Positions 20,239 to 30,124 of a stretch of DNA of 64,000 bases are shown here, piece after piece. The notes under the pieces were generated by a model. It saw nothing but the letters and a program-made list of their open reading frames with translations, ran no database searches and had not been told where the DNA came from. The position numbers and the translations under genes are program-made. Numbering within the stretch: the first letter of the stretch is position 1; every line of letters begins with the position of its first letter. Source of the DNA: a virus; IMG/VR virus record IMGVR_UViG_3300045988_183178. The stretch is one strand, 5' to 3'.

Positions 20239-20472
20239 TTAATTAATCTGCTCTTTTATAGCTTGATATAATTTGCTGGGAATTACATAAAAACCCTCTT
20301 GGTTTTCCATAAAATTATAAAAACAATACTCATTATTGTTATTATCATTAAATATAAAACTGCTTCCTGAATTAAAAGAAGTTTCATTACTTGCTTGAAG
20401 TTTTGTTCCATCCGGTAATGTATATGTAGTTATTTTGATATTCCCACATGTCAAATTCAGCATTTTCTCCAT
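20239..20472 (-). CDS. 77 aa ORF overlapping the 3' end of the lipoprotein gene by 86 nt in another frame; a possible frameshifted continuation
   Basis: Open frame with only a weak Shine-Dalgarno site. Confidence 0.3.
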   Translation of the reverse strand: MEKMLNLTCGNIKITTYTLPDGTKLQASNETSFNSGSSFIFNDNNNNEYCFYNFMENQEGFYVIPSKLYQAIKEQIN

Positions 20473-20791
20473 ATTTTTCTTTTACTTCTTGATTAATAGT
20501 TTCAGGGTCTATAGGACCATCATAAGAAATTGATTCAGTATTGATTGTTACCGGTAATGTATTGGCATTTAATAAAGCTTCAGCTTCTTCTTCACTGTTT
20601 ATAACTATTTTGTCATATTCTTTGTTATCAATATAAGTCTGATTATTGTTTGAAACAGTACTTTCCTCTGTAACTATATTAATTGGTTGCACACTATTAT
20701 TAAATAATCCACATCCTGATAACAACAGGCAAATTGCCGGAAAACAATAAAACATTTTTTTGCTTCTTTTTAATAATTGTATTTTACTCAT
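20387..20791 (-). CDS. putative lipoprotein (signal peptide with LLSGC lipobox)
   Basis: MSKIQLLKRSKKMFYCFPAICLLLSGCGLF. RBS AAAGGAAAT. Confidence 0.7.
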   Translation of the reverse strand: MSKIQLLKRSKKMFYCFPAICLLLSGCGLFNNSVQPINIVTEESTVSNNNQTYIDNKEYDKIVINSEEEAEALLNANTLPVTINTESISYDGPIDPETINQEVKEKYGENAEFDMWEYQNNYIYITGWNKTSSK

Positions 20792-21088
20792 TTTTATTTC
20801 CTTTCTTATTTATATTTTTTATTTATTAATATGACAGAATAAATAATATTTAAATTTTTTATTCAGAAATTTAAATTGCTAAAGTTAATATGGCAGAATT
20901 TTAAATTAAATTTTTGACATAAAAAGCATATATCATTAAGTGTGCCGTTTATATTTTCAAGTAATATCAGTAATCCTGCCGAAGCTTTAAGTTACTAATT
21001 TATGGTTTGATGGGGAACCTATATGTAAAAATAAGCATATGATCTGATATCCAAACAGAAGTATCTGAATGTCAGAGAAAAACATAAA

Positions 21089-21146
21089 ATACCCTGTTAA
21101 CATTAAGAGCTATACATGTGTTTAGCAGTTTAATGTAACAGGGTAT
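21089..21146. repeat. long inverted repeat (17 bp arms ATACCCTGTTAACATTAA / TTAATGTAACAGGGTAT, 23 nt loop) in a 500 bp ORF-free region
   Basis: Seen directly; one indel between the arms. Confidence 0.7.
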
Positions 21147-21479
21147 GGATTCAATCATCTTCTATACAAAAATCAGATTATATTTAGTTTTAATGTGGTA
21201 TGTCAGGATATAAATTCTAAAGTGCAAATTTAATACTATATAGGATAGCTGATAAAATTATGCTGAGTACAAGGTATAAGTGGATTTTCAAAGGTTTAGC
21301 TTCTTAATACATTCAATACAAATATCTAAAATTTCATTTTTAATAACTTTCCATTCTTCTTCAGTTTCAATGTCATATTCTTCAAAGCCATTAGTTTCAA
21401 TATTTTCGATTGTTCTTTTCTTGCTTTCTTTGAGAATAAATTCGTTCCTGCTCCTATGGTAGATTTTATTTTACTGTAA

Positions 21480-21770
21480 TTAATAATCCTCATCGTAATC
21501 AAAAATTTCTTCCTGCTCATAAATATTTGGATTAGGATTTAATAATTGATATACAAGTGTTTTCTCTTGTAGGTCACATAATGCGTCAATAGGATCAACT
21601 CCTCTTAGAATATCTCGCTTAAATTCTAAATCAGCTATTGAATCTTCAAAACTATATCCATCAGAATCATCAGAATATCCTTTATGGAATTTTGCATTTG
21701 CCATTTCAACACTCATTTTTCCTATTTCTTTTTTATAATTATTCAAATCATGAAATTCTTTATCTGTCAT
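21480..21770 (-). CDS. hypothetical acidic protein (start at MTDKEF)
   Basis: AAAGGATGATCGTT then ATG. Confidence 0.65.
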   Translation of the reverse strand: MTDKEFHDLNNYKKEIGKMSVEMANAKFHKGYSDDSDGYSFEDSIADLEFKRDILRGVDPIDALCDLQEKTLVYQLLNPNPNIYEQEEIFDYDEDY

Positions 21771-21820
21771 AACGATCATCCTTTCTTTTAGAATTAAGAA
21801 TAAAATCATTTGTTGCTTTT

Positions 21821-22342
21821 TCAATACATGTATTTTATAGGAACATACAAAATTATATTTAATGTATTTTTGTCATAAGTTAAATCAAAGTTTTCTGATT
21901 CAGAATATTTTATTTCACTTAAAGGTAACTTATATTCAGAATATATGCTGCTATTTTTTTTAAAATAAAAAAGCTCTGTAAAATCTGATTGAAAATATAC
22001 TTCTTTATTTATGTCTATTTCTTGAATAACCTTTTTTAAAGCTATTATTTTATCCCAATATTCTGAATTTTTAATACCTATAACAGTGGAATCAATGTCT
22101 TTGCTAATACATATAAATAAACTTAAATATATAAAAACACTAAAACCTATTAATGCAATTATTGAAATAAATGTAAGTTTTATAATCAAGCTTATAATTC
22201 TTAAAATAAAACATATAAGAATACCTGCTAAAACAATTTTAGTTATTCGTTTTTTTGATAAAGATTTATTAATATTTTCATCAGTCGCATTATCAAAATT
22301 AATATTCAAATATTCGTTATGTGTTTTTAATTTTAAATTCAT
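21821..22342 (-). CDS. membrane protein (2 TM)
   Basis: Hydrophobic stretches ITKIVLAGILICFIL / ISIIALIGFSVFIYLSLFI. Confidence 0.65.
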   Translation of the reverse strand: MNLKLKTHNEYLNINFDNATDENINKSLSKKRITKIVLAGILICFILRIISLIIKLTFISIIALIGFSVFIYLSLFICISKDIDSTVIGIKNSEYWDKIIALKKVIQEIDINKEVYFQSDFTELFYFKKNSSIYSEYKLPLSEIKYSESENFDLTYDKNTLNIILYVPIKYMY

Positions 22343-22549
22343 ACCTTATTCTCCTATTATTAATGATTCTTTATTAATTTTGTCTTTTTGATTTTTTATA
22401 TCAGTATCATTAAATGTATCAAAATTTTTCCTTTTTCTTTATTTGATATTTTGAATTAAAGAACAACCATCAATATCAAAAACAACTGTTTTATTTTTTT
22501 TCTCAACTGGCAAAATAAATCGTCTCTGTTATCCCCAAATTTATCCCTA

Positions 22550-22963
22550 CTATAAATTAAGATTAATTTCCTTTTCTATTGTATTTTTAGGAACGTACAG
22601 CTTAATTTCTTTAATTCCTAATGAAGTCTTCTTTATCTCTGCATAAGCCTGTTCATCATTGTTTAATGTATCATAGATTGTTACTTTATCTCTGTTCATC
22701 TTGAAATACTTCTTACCACCGTCTTCTGTAATCTGGTAAGCAGTTATATATTCTTGTGAACCAATACTTCCTGAACCTAATACAAATGAGCCTTCATATT
22801 CCTTATCTGTACTGATACTGTAAAGCTGGGCTTCTTCTGTGGTTTCTTTTGAAAACTCCTTAATTTCATATCTAAGTCCAAGCTGCAATGCTGTTATAAT
22901 CAAAATAAGTGTAATACTAAATGTTAAACATATAACTAAATTAAAAATTTTATCTCTATTCAT
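22550..22963 (-). CDS. membrane-anchored protein (N-terminal TM)
   Basis: IFNLVICLTFSITLILIITAL. Confidence 0.65.
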   Translation of the reverse strand: MNRDKIFNLVICLTFSITLILIITALQLGLRYEIKEFSKETTEEAQLYSISTDKEYEGSFVLGSGSIGSQEYITAYQITEDGGKKYFKMNRDKVTIYDTLNNDEQAYAEIKKTSLGIKEIKLYVPKNTIEKEINLNL

Positions 22964-22978
22964 CTTATATGCTCCTTT

Positions 22979-23431
22979 TTATTTGATATCCTGAATCAAA
23001 GAACCTTCATCCATATCAAAAGTTACTGTTTTGCCTTTCTTTAACTGAAATAAATCATCTCTGTCATCCCTAAATCTAAATGGGAAATAATCATAACTTT
23101 CTATTTCATTCCTGATAAGATAATCTTTATTAAGCTTAAATGGCTTATCCCATATTTCCTTTACTGTTTTTATTATCATTTTCATATCATTTATTGAAAA
23201 GGTTATACTGCCATCAAAATACTTCATCTGTTTTGTAAGATAATCTATATAGCTTTCAGGAGTATCTTTAAATAATCCTGCATTTATAGCTTCTCTTACT
23301 TCATCTGCTGTAAGAGGCAAATATGTATATCGTTTTACGGCTGTTGTGTTATTCCGGTTATTATTGCTATTACAATTACGCCTATAATAGCAAAAGCAAT
23401 TAACAGCATGAAAATTACGCCAAATAAACAT
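22979..23431 (-). CDS. hypothetical protein (true start uncertain)
   Basis: ORF overlapping the next membrane ORF. Confidence 0.45.
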   Translation of the reverse strand: MFIWRNFHAVNCFCYYRRNCNSNNNRNNTTAVKRYTYLPLTADEVREAINAGLFKDTPESYIDYLTKQMKYFDGSITFSINDMKMIIKTVKEIWDKPFKLNKDYLIRNEIESYDYFPFRFRDDRDDLFQLKKGKTVTFDMDEGSLIQDIK

Positions 23432-23649
23432 ATACAGCTTATGAATGTTCTAATTACAAATAATGTAAATTTATTGCTTATATCTTCTACATATGGATTT
23501 ATCAACTTACCATTATTTATGTATGGCAATATCAGATTTCCTATAATGGCAGATAAGGCAATGTATATCATAATTGCCCCGGCTAATATTACTCCTGCAC
23601 ACTCATCTAAAAAAACTTTCCAAAATGATTTCTTTTTCTTAAATTTCAT
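23335..23649 (-). CDS. small membrane protein
   Basis: Multiple hydrophobic helices. Confidence 0.5.
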   Translation of the reverse strand: MKFKKKKSFWKVFLDECAGVILAGAIMIYIALSAIIGNLILPYINNGKLINPYVEDISNKFTLFVIRTFISCICLFGVIFMLLIAFAIIGVIVIAIITGITQQP

Positions 23650-23652
23650 AAC

Positions 23653-23961
23653 TTATCTCCTTTTTAGTATTGGTTTATATATTTTTAAATCTATCTCTTC
23701 TGTAATAAGAAATCCATTCTTATAAGACTCCTTATACTTAAGTGACTTTAAAAATGTTATCTGCTCTTCCCTTGATAACTGCTTCTTAAAGGTAATAATC
23801 TCATCATGGCTGCAATCAGTACATTGCTCAATAAGACTATATAGAAATGACTTCTCTTTTACTCTGTCAATTAAATCAATAGTTGATTTAAACAGCATTA
23901 TTACCATAAAAGTTACAATAAACGAAAGTATAATAATCTTCATAAATAGTGTAAAATCCAC
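23653..23961 (-). CDS. membrane-anchored small protein
   Basis: N-terminal TM. Confidence 0.55.
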   Translation of the reverse strand: MDFTLFMKIIILSFIVTFMVIMLFKSTIDLIDRVKEKSFLYSLIEQCTDCSHDEIITFKKQLSREEQITFLKSLKYKESYKNGFLITEEIDLKIYKPILKRR

Positions 23962-24042
23962 ACTATTTTATATTTAAGTAGTGTAAATGTATTAACTTAA
24001 ATTAAAGAAATCATTATATATTATAATTTTTTTATCATATTT

Positions 24043-24318
24043 TTAATAACCGCCATGCTGTTCAATATATTTCATTAATTCGGGCGAAAATAAACACAGT
24101 CCTCTTATCCCCTGCTTATCAAGCTTCTTTTTTATCTTCTCATATTTTTGCATGTTAAGGATCTTACCGGCCTTATTTACATAGAATGAATTATCAGAAG
24201 TAAAATTATTACAGTCTGATGTAAACCATTCCCCGGATTTATCTTTAAAAATATATCCCCAATATCCGGTTCGCTGTGCTATTTCTCTTGCCTCTTTCCT
24301 TGCTTCTTTAAATGTCAT
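24043..24318 (-). CDS. small hypothetical protein
   Basis: ORF. Confidence 0.6.
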   Translation of the reverse strand: MTFKEARKEAREIAQRTGYWGYIFKDKSGEWFTSDCNNFTSDNSFYVNKAGKILNMQKYEKIKKKLDKQGIRGLCLFSPELMKYIEQHGGY

Positions 24319-24709
24319 TATTTTTCTCCTAAAAAAGACATATCCAAATTCTTTATATCAGCTTCATACCCATTAGGAATATTCCTTAAGGTTATATTCG
24401 TAGATATTTCTTTTAATTTTGTCTGCTGTTTTTCATCCGGATGCCGCATTGACTCAAGAAACCCAACAGCATCATTTCCTGTAAGTTTCATATAAATTCT
24501 CCATACTCAGTTATCATATAAAATAGTCTTTATTGTCTTTTCTTAAAAATCTGCCTTTTACCTCATTAATATCAGCCATTTAGCCCATACTGGTATGTCA
24601 GAGCTACATATTATATAAACATAAAAAGATATAATAAGAGCTATAATAATGGTTATTCCTAATGCTGGTAATATACTTTTAATTTTCTTTATTCTGTAAT
24701 TTTTCTGTT

Positions 24710-25225
24710 TCATAGTTTTATCTCCTTTCTAAGGATTGGTTCATACTCTGCTAATTCTTCATCATTCTCAATTAAAGGTACTTTCTGTATTACTGTCTTG
24801 GTTGTAATAACCTTATTACCGTTCTCATCAGTGGACTCTTCCTTTTCCGTTGATTCTACAGTTGTAATAACAGACTTTAGAAAAGCAATCTGTTCATTAC
24901 GGCTCATATGTCTGAATTTCTTTAAATCATCCTGTGATATATCATCAAGCAAACAATCATAAAGAAGTTCTTTTTCATGTTCTTTCTCAAAAAATTTTGT
25001 AAAAGCTATCCATACAAGAGCCATTACACTGATTAATAAGGCTATCACAGTAGCTATAAAATTTTTAAAGCTTATATTAACAAGCGCTGGCAATGCTCCC
25101 ATAAGTAAAGACATAAATGCCTTATCTATAAGAGTCATATCGTATATGTTTGCAGTCACAAAATAAAAACTAAGCATAATCAATGAAACAACAAAGACTA
25201 CATTTACTAATATAGTTATAATCAT
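24710..25225 (-). CDS. membrane protein (3 TM) with an acidic C-terminus
   Basis: ORF. Confidence 0.65.
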   Translation of the reverse strand: MIITILVNVVFVVSLIMLSFYFVTANIYDMTLIDKAFMSLLMGALPALVNISFKNFIATVIALLISVMALVWIAFTKFFEKEHEKELLYDCLLDDISQDDLKKFRHMSRNEQIAFLKSVITTVESTEKEESTDENGNKVITTKTVIQKVPLIENDEELAEYEPILRKEIKL

Positions 25226-25328
25226 CTTTCTCTTTCCTTTCTGTTTTAATATATATTGTATTGTTTATTCTATTTTATAATGTTTTAGCCAGAAAACCCA
25301 TGGTCTTTAGACCGTGGAATGAATGGCG

Positions 25329-26588
25329 TTAAATTACCAAGGTCTGTATCATTTCAGTTGACCTTGCCATTATGCGTTTACAATTACTCAATTTAGGTGT
25401 CTTGTATCCTTTTGGCATTGCCGAAAAATCAACCTTGTTACCATCTATATCCATGAGAACTGCATATCCAGTGGACATTCTACCCTTGATAAAATATTTG
25501 TTTCCAAAGTATCGAACTTTGTCAAATTTTCTAAAGCCACAAATCTTATCAGTGATAATAGGCTGTTCTGAACGAATCCCTTTTGTTTTTTGAAAATCAC
25601 CATCTGAAATGCATTTCTTTTTGTAAAGGTTGGATTTTACAGTAAATATATTGCCTTGTGTTGCAATCGTACAGGCATCATAATAATGTTCTTTGTCAAT
25701 GCCAAGAAGCAAACGGTTAGCTTTTGTCACATATCCGAAGGTCTCAACTGCATCTGGATATAATTTAAAAAGCTGTTTACGAATAGAGTTCATCTGTGTG
25801 GCATATTTAAGATTACCTTTAACTTTACCACTCAATTTGGGGTTAATTTTTCCACTATGTAAATCTTTATGACAGGTATGACACAGAGTAATTAGATTAC
25901 TTTCTTCATCAGAACCCCCCTGACTACGAAATAAAATATGATGAACTTCTAACTTACTATCCTTATGTTTGCCTTTACAATATTGACAAGTATAATTATC
26001 TCGATTAAGAACCATCGCTTTGGTATTCTCAAACCCATAATTAATACCTTTCTGATAACCCCAATGTTTAATTTTAGGATTAGCAAGATTTGGATTTTTC
26101 ATAAGGTGAGTATCAAACTGACCTGTCTCAAATACCATTTCTGTAATCGGAAGAATAAATTTAATATATTTTATCTCTTTAACATGACTATGAAGCTTAC
26201 TCTGCATCGTAGGGCTAAATCTATCATTCTTAATAGAATTAGCACGATTTAACCATCTTGCTTTTCTATAACGAGCTTTACGATTTCGTCTGTTTCTACG
26301 ATACTTTGCTCTTTGTGTCATTTTGCCGGTAATGTCGTTTCTTATAACAACTTCCGACATATAGATAATATCTCCATTGTCTTTGCTTACAGAAGTGCCA
26401 ATAGTTCCGCTTCCGGTATCTACACCAAGAGTTAAGTCTTGAGTGTAATTTGTTGTTTCATAAGTCAATTTAATTGTAAATGGCTCACGTTTCTTAACTT
26501 TTGCTTTGCTTTGTTTAAGTAACAATCTTGCTATAGAGTTACTACAGGGCATTAGTGGTTTACCATCTTGTGAAATCACATAAACCAT
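25329..26588 (-). CDS. iscB: IscB RNA-guided endonuclease (PLMP domain, RuvC-I/II/III split by HNH, Arg-rich bridge helix)
   Basis: Motifs present: DGKPLMP; LGVDTGSGTIGTSV (RuvC-I); KYRRNRRNRKARYRKARW (bridge helix); CQYCKGKH..HHILFRSQGG..NLITLCHTCH (HNH with CxxC pairs); HYYDAC (RuvC-III). The 419 aa length is typical of IscB. RBS AAGGAGG. Confidence 0.8.
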   Translation of the reverse strand: MVYVISQDGKPLMPCSNSIARLLLKQSKAKVKKREPFTIKLTYETTNYTQDLTLGVDTGSGTIGTSVSKDNGDIIYMSEVVIRNDITGKMTQRAKYRRNRRNRKARYRKARWLNRANSIKNDRFSPTMQSKLHSHVKEIKYIKFILPITEMVFETGQFDTHLMKNPNLANPKIKHWGYQKGINYGFENTKAMVLNRDNYTCQYCKGKHKDSKLEVHHILFRSQGGSDEESNLITLCHTCHKDLHSGKINPKLSGKVKGNLKYATQMNSIRKQLFKLYPDAVETFGYVTKANRLLLGIDKEHYYDACTIATQGNIFTVKSNLYKKKCISDGDFQKTKGIRSEQPIITDKICGFRKFDKVRYFGNKYFIKGRMSTGYAVLMDIDGNKVDFSAMPKGYKTPKLSNCKRIMARSTEMIQTLVI

Positions 26589-26880
26589 AAATAAGTTCCT
26601 CCTTATAAATACTCTACTTAATAGTAGGTGATGCGTACTTTGTCGTACTGTTTACCATACGATTGTTCCGACTTCAACTCGACAATGATATAAAGGCTTT
26701 TATGTACATATCACAAGGCTGTTCTTACTCTGACCTAACTTAAATATGTACGATAGAGCAACGGTCTGTTGCGTCAACCGAAGGTATCATAACCTAAATA
26801 TCGTAGTATCCATTTCTGAATACTTAGTCTGGTGAACCATTTAACAGAAGCCCACTACCTTTAGGTGGTGGGCAGTTCAC
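26589..26880 (-). ncRNA. candidate omega RNA (IscB guide/scaffold RNA) immediately 5' of iscB
   Basis: No ORF on either strand and local G/C enrichment. Multiple potential stems, including the perfect hairpin GCCCACTACC/GGTGGTGGGC. Position and size match known IscB omega RNAs. Confidence 0.45.
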
Positions 26881-27802
26881 TTAATTCACCTGATTCTTTG
26901 TTAAATATAAATATATCTGAACTCAGATAATCTTCTTCTTCCTGAATACCAAATATCTTTAATGCCATTTGAATTTCTTCAGGAGTAAATTCATTGTATT
27001 TACATATCAACAGAATATGTGCTGTAACAGGAACAATGTATAAATTTGTTTTCAGTTTCTCTGAAATATTCTTAAGCAAATTATTATTCAGAATTGCACT
27101 TGTGTTATAAAAGTCAATTATATTTTGAATTGCATATATTCCTTTAATACATTTGCTCTCAAACCCATCAGAATTACTTAGAGAAAATAATTCTTTCTTT
27201 GTTTTTTCATAATTATCATCATCTGCCAGTTGCGTCAAAAAATAATCACCTAATACACTGATAAAATATTTGTTGGAATATATTGAATGAATTGCAAGAT
27301 TGTACAATTCGTTTTCATCAATTTTCAGTATGTCTCTCATATAGTTATTATCAATTACAAACATTGTACCTTCTGAATTTTCTTTAGGTATGATCACATT
27401 ATAAATTATTTCGAACTCATAAAATGGCCTATGAGGAATACCGCTTAAATCTTCCATATTGTCCGGCTTTTGTATTAATTGAGGTATAATATAGTGTTTT
27501 ATATCATTTAAATTAATTTCTGGAGCTAAATTATTAAGTTTATATTCACTACCATTAGAATTTTTGTTTCTATAAAATGCTTCAGATATTGACAATGCAA
27601 TTTCTTCTATTGACGAATTATTTAAATATTGTTTATATAATTGATTTAATTTAAATTCTAAGGGACACATAAACTGATTTTTAGAATGAAAAATAAGCTT
27701 ATCTGATGTGCAAACTATATCTGTTGGTGTAATATCTTCAATATTTTGAAGTAATTCGAATTTAAGATGTTTAAGAAAATCTTCGTAATTCATTTTTTGC
27801 AT
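26871..27802 (-). CDS. hypothetical protein (310 aa); stop codon lies in the loop of hairpin 26860-26883
   Basis: ORF. Confidence 0.7.
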
Positions 27803-27989
27803 ATAATTAATTCTCCTTTTATTTAGTTATATTTTTAATATGACAGAAAAAATGAATTATTATTTTACATAAAATAATTGATGTGTGTTAAAATAAGACA
27901 GCAACTAAATGTAAATGCCTTTTATTTATTAAAATATCCCGTTTTTGTGTTTTTCTAAGCACTTTATTGGGTATACTATGCCTTCACTT

Positions 27990-28400
27990 GTAAAAAATAA
28001 TAACAATATATTGTACGTTTATTGTTATATATTAGTTTAATATGTTAACTTTATTAACAATATATAGTTATTTAAGATTTATTAAAATATAGCTAAGATA
28101 CAAAAATAATAACAATATATAGATATAAAATATGATTTAATATACATTAAAAATAACAACATTATGTTATAGAATAGAAAAATTTGTGTAATAAAATTAA
28201 CAATATATAGCTAAATATTTGATACATAAATGTAATAATGATAACAATATATAGTAATGTATTATCCGTTGCATAGCCAATAAAATGCCTTATATGTGTC
28301 AGAATAATACCATGATGTAGTTATCATATGCTGATTTAAGAGATAAAAAATGTTAATTTGATAACATATAATTGGTAATATTAGCAATTATATATGGATT
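27990..28400. repeat. iteron array: six or more copies of (A)TAACAATATATAG at about 40-52 bp spacing, inside a 1.2 kb ORF-poor, AT-rich region (27803-29083)
   Basis: Copies at 27997-28013, 28055-28067, 28106-28122, 28196-28210 and 28241-28255, with degenerate copies near 28151 and 28358. Confidence 0.6.
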
Positions 28401-29083
28401 AATTGGGTACAATAGACTGTATGATCAGTGAGAAAAATAAATATAACTGATTAATGGGATATAATTATTATTTACTAAAGTTAATTAATGGAATTACTGG
28501 AAACATATATAGGAATGATAGAGTAAAGGAAATAGATCTAAGAGCAAATAAGAAAGAATTAGTGTATAAGAATGCAGCTATTGGAGATAGAAATGGGATT
28601 ATTGGGCTTACTAAGGCATTTGCAGGGCGAAGAATAGATTTACAGGAATCTAGTAATCATAATTTTTGTAATTATCATATATTATATATGAGGGAATTAT
28701 ATTATTTATTAGTGTATTAAAGGCATTAATTGGGATAAATGAAGTGCTTGCTAGAGACAGGTAAGGAATTACCAGGGAAATAAACACAAAATGTATTAAG
28801 CTGATAAATGATATTGTATAAGGATATGACAATAATAGTTATACGCTTTTAATCCTTAATAATATTCTGGCGGTTATTATATTAAGTCTTAAAACGCTAT
28901 TAAGGAATAATCAAATGTATTATATAAGGCTCTAATTTTTATATTTTAATAATAAAAAGCGTATCAATGGAAAAGAAAATAATAAAAAGGTTCTAAAAAA
29001 GGTGTATGACATATTACACTTAAAGGAAGTGTAATCATAAAAAAAATACAGCTACCTATTGATAACTGCATTTTATTTATATA

Positions 29084-30112
29084 TTACATAAAAGATTGTA
29101 TACTATATCCTTTCCGTCTGAAACGAACTCTAATCTTTTTTATTGCTTTTGATTCAATCTGTCTGATTCGTTCTCTGGATACATTCCATTCAGTACCTAT
29201 ATCTTGTAAAGTTTTAACTTTTGAGCCATATCCCATTCTACCCTTAATTACATATAATTCTCTAGGAGTGAGACAATCTTCAACTTCTTTCCAAAGCAGT
29301 TCTTTCATTTCTTTTTGAATAATCGTATCTTCAACTTTAGGTTCAGGAGCTTCTATATAATCAGCCAAACATGAATCGTCATGGCCTTCATCACTTTGAA
29401 TAGGTGCATCTAATGAAACCAATTCATTAAAACTCTGAATATGCACAAGCATTTCTTTAGTTAAAAGAGGATATCTTTGTTTTACTACATCATATAATTC
29501 ATCAATTGTAGGTTTTCTTTGAAGTTTATTAGTTAAATCCACAAATGTAGTCTTAACAAAAGAATCCTGTTCTCTTACATGTACAGGGAATCTAACTAAT
29601 AAATCATAATTGGCTAATTCTCTATATATACTCTGTCTAATCCAATGAGTTGCATAAGTTGAAAATGCATATCCTAATTTATAATCAAACATTTGTATAG
29701 CTCTGTATAACCCGAAAATACCGGCCTGACATAAATCATCCATTTCAAAACTTTGCGTTTTAGCTGTAACAGCTTTAGCAATACTGATGACTAAACGCAT
29801 ATTAGATAAAATCAATTTTTCGGTTATTTCTTTTTTCTTTTTAGGATGTTTTTTTATCTCTTCAAATAATTTAAGAGTTTCATCTTTGGATAAAACCGGA
29901 TAATCAGCGAATGATTTAATATAATAAGTTATATTATTTTCTAATAATAGTTTCTCTTTTTCATTTAAAATCTCTTTATCATTTAAAATATCGGTATAAT
30001 TATCCTCTGATAAAATATTTATGTTTTCTATTGGTTTATTTGTATCAAATAATTCATCAATATATTCATCTTTATTGTTTTTTTTATTTAATAATAAATT
30101 CTTATCTGCCAT
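29084..30112 (-). CDS. sigma-70 family RNA polymerase sigma factor
   Basis: Region 2 (..GIFGLYRAIQMFDYKLGYAFSTYATHWIRQSI..) and region 4 helix-turn-helix (..LQDIGTEWNVSRERIRQIESKAIKKIR..). RBS GAGGAG. Confidence 0.85.
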   Translation of the reverse strand: MADKNLLLNKKNNKDEYIDELFDTNKPIENINILSEDNYTDILNDKEILNEKEKLLLENNITYYIKSFADYPVLSKDETLKLFEEIKKHPKKKKEITEKLILSNMRLVISIAKAVTAKTQSFEMDDLCQAGIFGLYRAIQMFDYKLGYAFSTYATHWIRQSIYRELANYDLLVRFPVHVREQDSFVKTTFVDLTNKLQRKPTIDELYDVVKQRYPLLTKEMLVHIQSFNELVSLDAPIQSDEGHDDSCLADYIEAPEPKVEDTIIQKEMKELLWKEVEDCLTPRELYVIKGRMGYGSKVKTLQDIGTEWNVSRERIRQIESKAIKKIRVRFRRKGYSIQSFM

Positions 30113-30124
30113 AAAAATCTCCTC

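Larger units (their letters stand above)
25285..26885 (-). mobile_element. IscB / omega-RNA (OMEGA, IS200/IS605-family-derived) element inserted in the phage genome
   Basis: The block is visibly GC-richer than its flanks. It is bounded by hairpins (25291-25312 and 26860-26883). It contains the iscB ORF plus a 290 nt upstream ORF-free structured region. Confidence 0.6.

Noticed and set aside
27990-28400. Possible CRISPR array in the repeat-rich non-coding island
   Set aside because: The repeats are only about 13 bp, AT-rich and irregularly spaced, with no palindromic repeat-unit structure and no cas genes. They are better explained as iterons.
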